The position numbers and the translations under genes are program-made. A stretch of 64,000 bases of DNA from Orbicella franksi (Eukaryota). The stretch is from NCBI GenBank assembly GCA_964199315.1, contig OZ116701.1, positions 8,370,001 to 8,434,000 on the forward strand, read 5' to 3'. Shown here piece by piece: positions 61,100 to 64,000 of the stretch (position 1 is its first letter; every line of letters starts with the position of its first letter). The notes below the pieces were generated by a model. It was not told the origin of the DNA, ran no database searches, and worked only from the letters and a program-made list of their open reading frames with translations.

Positions 61100-61255
61100 C
61101 AGTGGCGGATCTAGGGGAGGGACCCGGGGGGGCCCGCCCCCTCCCCCTCCCCCTTATTTTGGGTACAAAAAGAAGAAATGACAGAAGGAAGAAAAGCCGG
61201 CAGGGCAAGTAAAACACAACCGCCCCCCTTCCCCTCCCACCCAGCCCCCTACTAG
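61100..61255. mobile_element. Short non-autonomous element (CAGTGGCGGATCTAGG start) 15 bp after the gene C stop
   Basis: GC-rich island with a start similar to the 11663 element; the right end is degenerate. Confidence 0.5.
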
Positions 61256-64000
61256 AAAGGAAACCTTCTTTTATGAGATTAGTTCGTATATCACAAAAGG
61301 GATCCAACCAGAATACAGGGAAGCCGTTGTATGTGTGTTCGACGGCATGGTATAAAAAAAAAATGTGCAATGTTCTCTCGTGGTATACCATGAAATATCC
61401 CACTTGTCTCTTGTATGTTCTTGGTATAATGTGTACACCGAAAAAAACTAGTGACTCCTGGGAAATTCCATTGTATATCACTCGAAAGCGTTGCATGACA
61501 AGCATAGAACTGATGTTATGATGTTAATAGACCTTATTAACAATGGCCGGTTTTTCATATTATGGTGCATCTAAGATCCCGGAAAAATCGGTTCGCACGT
61601 AGAGTGCAGGAAGCATATGCGACAAAATAGTTTTGAGAACAAAGTTATACAGCCTTGACTTTATTACTGAGGTTAGTTTTGAATGGTTAATCGAAATCTT
61701 GACTTATTAATTAAACAAGCCGTTTGGTTTCTAGATATGCACACCAAAATGCCTAAATTTTGAAAAAAACTGATCCTTCAACGCTAAGAGCGTAACATGG
61801 CGATACAAAGTTAAACAAACATGGCGCCTATATGGAATAAGCTCTTTTATCATATTAAACATCGGTACATTTTTATTGACCAAGCCTATAAAATTAATTT
61901 TCCAACGTCTCGCAAATTTAATTCCAAGAGGGGAAAAAAACGTTACCAACCGTGAGAAGTTTTATAACATTCATCCTTCAAAGAAAAATTAGTCACAAAG
62001 TTGCTGTGAGTTGTGGTTGAAGAATCTCGGTTAATTGTAGTGCATGCGGCTAAACCTTAATTTTGAAATTATATTTAACATTCCAAGTCTGTAAGCATGT
62101 AAACAATACCTTTGTTTGTGACTTAAGAAACAGCCAATCTTATATTAAAAATACTAATAGCTAAAAGCTTGTAATTTAGTGGAAGCAATCGTTAAGTTGT
62201 AAGAAGTAATGAATTGTAAATGGCTACAAATAGCTTACTAAGTCATTTCAATGCAACCATGAGCTAAACCCTACTATTTTTAACGGTAGAAAATTTGGTT
62301 TTTGGACGGTTTTTAACTTAAAACTTGTATATTTTAGTAAAATACTTAATTCTGTGTTACGGAAAACTTTATTACCGTTTTAATATCAAGACTTTGTCAA
62401 AGTAATTTTCTCGTTCAGTTTTTCCATCAAGTGGGATTGAGACATTTTCATTTTTTTTTTTTGTGCAATGCAACTTTTTCAATAAAGTTCACCATATTAA
62501 GATTTTCAGCGTAATCATCATCATCATCACTACCACCACCATCATCGTCATCGTCTGTCCTTTTAGTGCCATGCGACACATACATGAGGCCTCAGCTAAT
62601 CATAATAGCCTTTGGCAAACTTCTACTGTACTTTGAGCTGAAACAGAATCATTTTTAGGTACAATTAAAGAAAAAGGCTTGCTCAGAAATTTCACAATAC
62701 AGTTTACATTTGAACCGTGACAATGTCGCATGCAAACGACCAAATATTTTCGCAGATAAATACTCTTTTTTTGAGGACGGGGGGGGGGGGAGAACGGTGA
62801 CGCTCTGCCAATTACAGAAGCTTGTTTGCCTTTGCAGTACAGTTTGCCTTTGCGTCTGTGATCTCACTTCTTGTGCGGTTTGTTTGTTGCATTTTAAAGC
62901 CGCCTGGTGTTATCAGAACGACAACTTTCAACAATCTCGTTTTTGTCTTCAACAAGTCGACTCAGTTGGTTCACATGAACATACATAAAACCTCAAGAAA
63001 ACAGCCCCATCAAGTTCGTCTCAGCCAACAGCCGTAATAACGGGGGTGCCGTAACGACTTTGTTTAGTTTTCATACAGATTGGTCTGTTTTGTTGACCAT
63101 CTTAATATTCCCTACACCAGTTGATCGGTGGCAGACAGATTTACATTGCCAGACCCTATAGCTTGGCAGACGCAAAACTTTTCATTCCTGCCCAGCACTT
63201 AATCCAGAAAAAAAAAATAAGTTTCCTTTTCTTCGCTGCATGTGACTCAGTCATTAATAAAACAGAGTATTCCTTCCTTTTTCATCTTTCTTTTTCAACA
63301 CAAACCGCTACTTTGGATCTCTCAGGAAAAAGATTTGCCAAATTGCCTTTATCAAAACGTTAAACAAAAACAAACAACTTGCTTGAAGTTAGAATCGCTA
63401 GTACGTTAGTGTGCCATTTACTCTGACTAATAAGAGAAATTATCTTCACGGCAAATCTTCTTCCACCTTTGTGGAGCGGCCGAGCACTGTCATGCTGCGT
63501 CTACGACACTTATGCTAAGTCAAGAGACTCTAGATCATAGTCTCTTGGCTAAGTAGATTCGTGATCGAATATACCACCTGTTTGGCTTTTCAGTCTTAAT
63601 TAGTCCCTTTTCCAATTCCTTAGTTTTGCTTAGCTGATTATCAACATAAACGTTGAGAAAGGAAAATAAACCGCTAATGTCAAAATTTAGGAAAAACTGT
63701 TATTTCTATAGAGCGTTCACCCTTAAAAGGAGGATTTTGGTTTTTCCCTTTTGAACATTCTTGCTACAACGGAAGGCTAACTCTCCAAGCGTCAGCCTTA
63801 GGTTACCCACTAAATTCTCTCTGCCGTTAATGCACCTTTATCAATTTCAAGGCGATAATCAAAGTGTTTTACTTCCCAGCCAACCCAGGACAAACGCTCC
63901 TTTAGAAATTAAATAATCACTTTCTCCAATTGTCGTATTAAAGGAATTACTTAATCTGTAGCCCCTAGAGAATATGATTTCTTGATCAAGCGCTAGCATA

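Noticed and set aside
61300-64000. A further gene (for example a PKD2-type partner) at the window end
   Set aside because: Only short, low-complexity ORFs with no conserved motifs; the region appears intergenic or repeat-derived.

Overview
AT-rich, intron-containing eukaryotic DNA. The repeat families and protein style suggest a cnidarian, probably a stony coral; that assignment is inference. The window is a local cluster of three paralogous polycystin-1-like (PKD1-family, 11-TM) genes arranged A(+) -> <- B(-) | C(+) ->. I traced every exon by hand from splice signals, and all three reading frames close. From the REJ region to the stop codon the genes share 11 exons with identical intron phases: REJ, GAIN/GPS, TM1, PLAT, TM2-6, TOP domain, channel and a Cys-motif/coiled-coil tail. 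B and C carry an N-terminus unlike that of vertebrate polycystins: uromodulin/GP2/OIT3-type D8C domain(s) followed by single-exon calcium-binding EGF repeats. B has 1 D8C + 9 EGF; C has 2 D8C + 1 truncated EGF + 4 EGF; the 5' part of A lies outside the window. All three carry two tandem furin-type sites (RxK/RR-SC twice) inside the GAIN region upstream of an intact GPS. Gene A needs a GC-AG intron. One intron of gene C holds a three-layer nest: a SINE, interrupted by a TTA-TSD DNA transposon with an orphan ORF, itself interrupted by an L2-like LINE 3' end. No rRNA, tRNA gene or CRISPR array was found. There is one 196-nt assembly gap.
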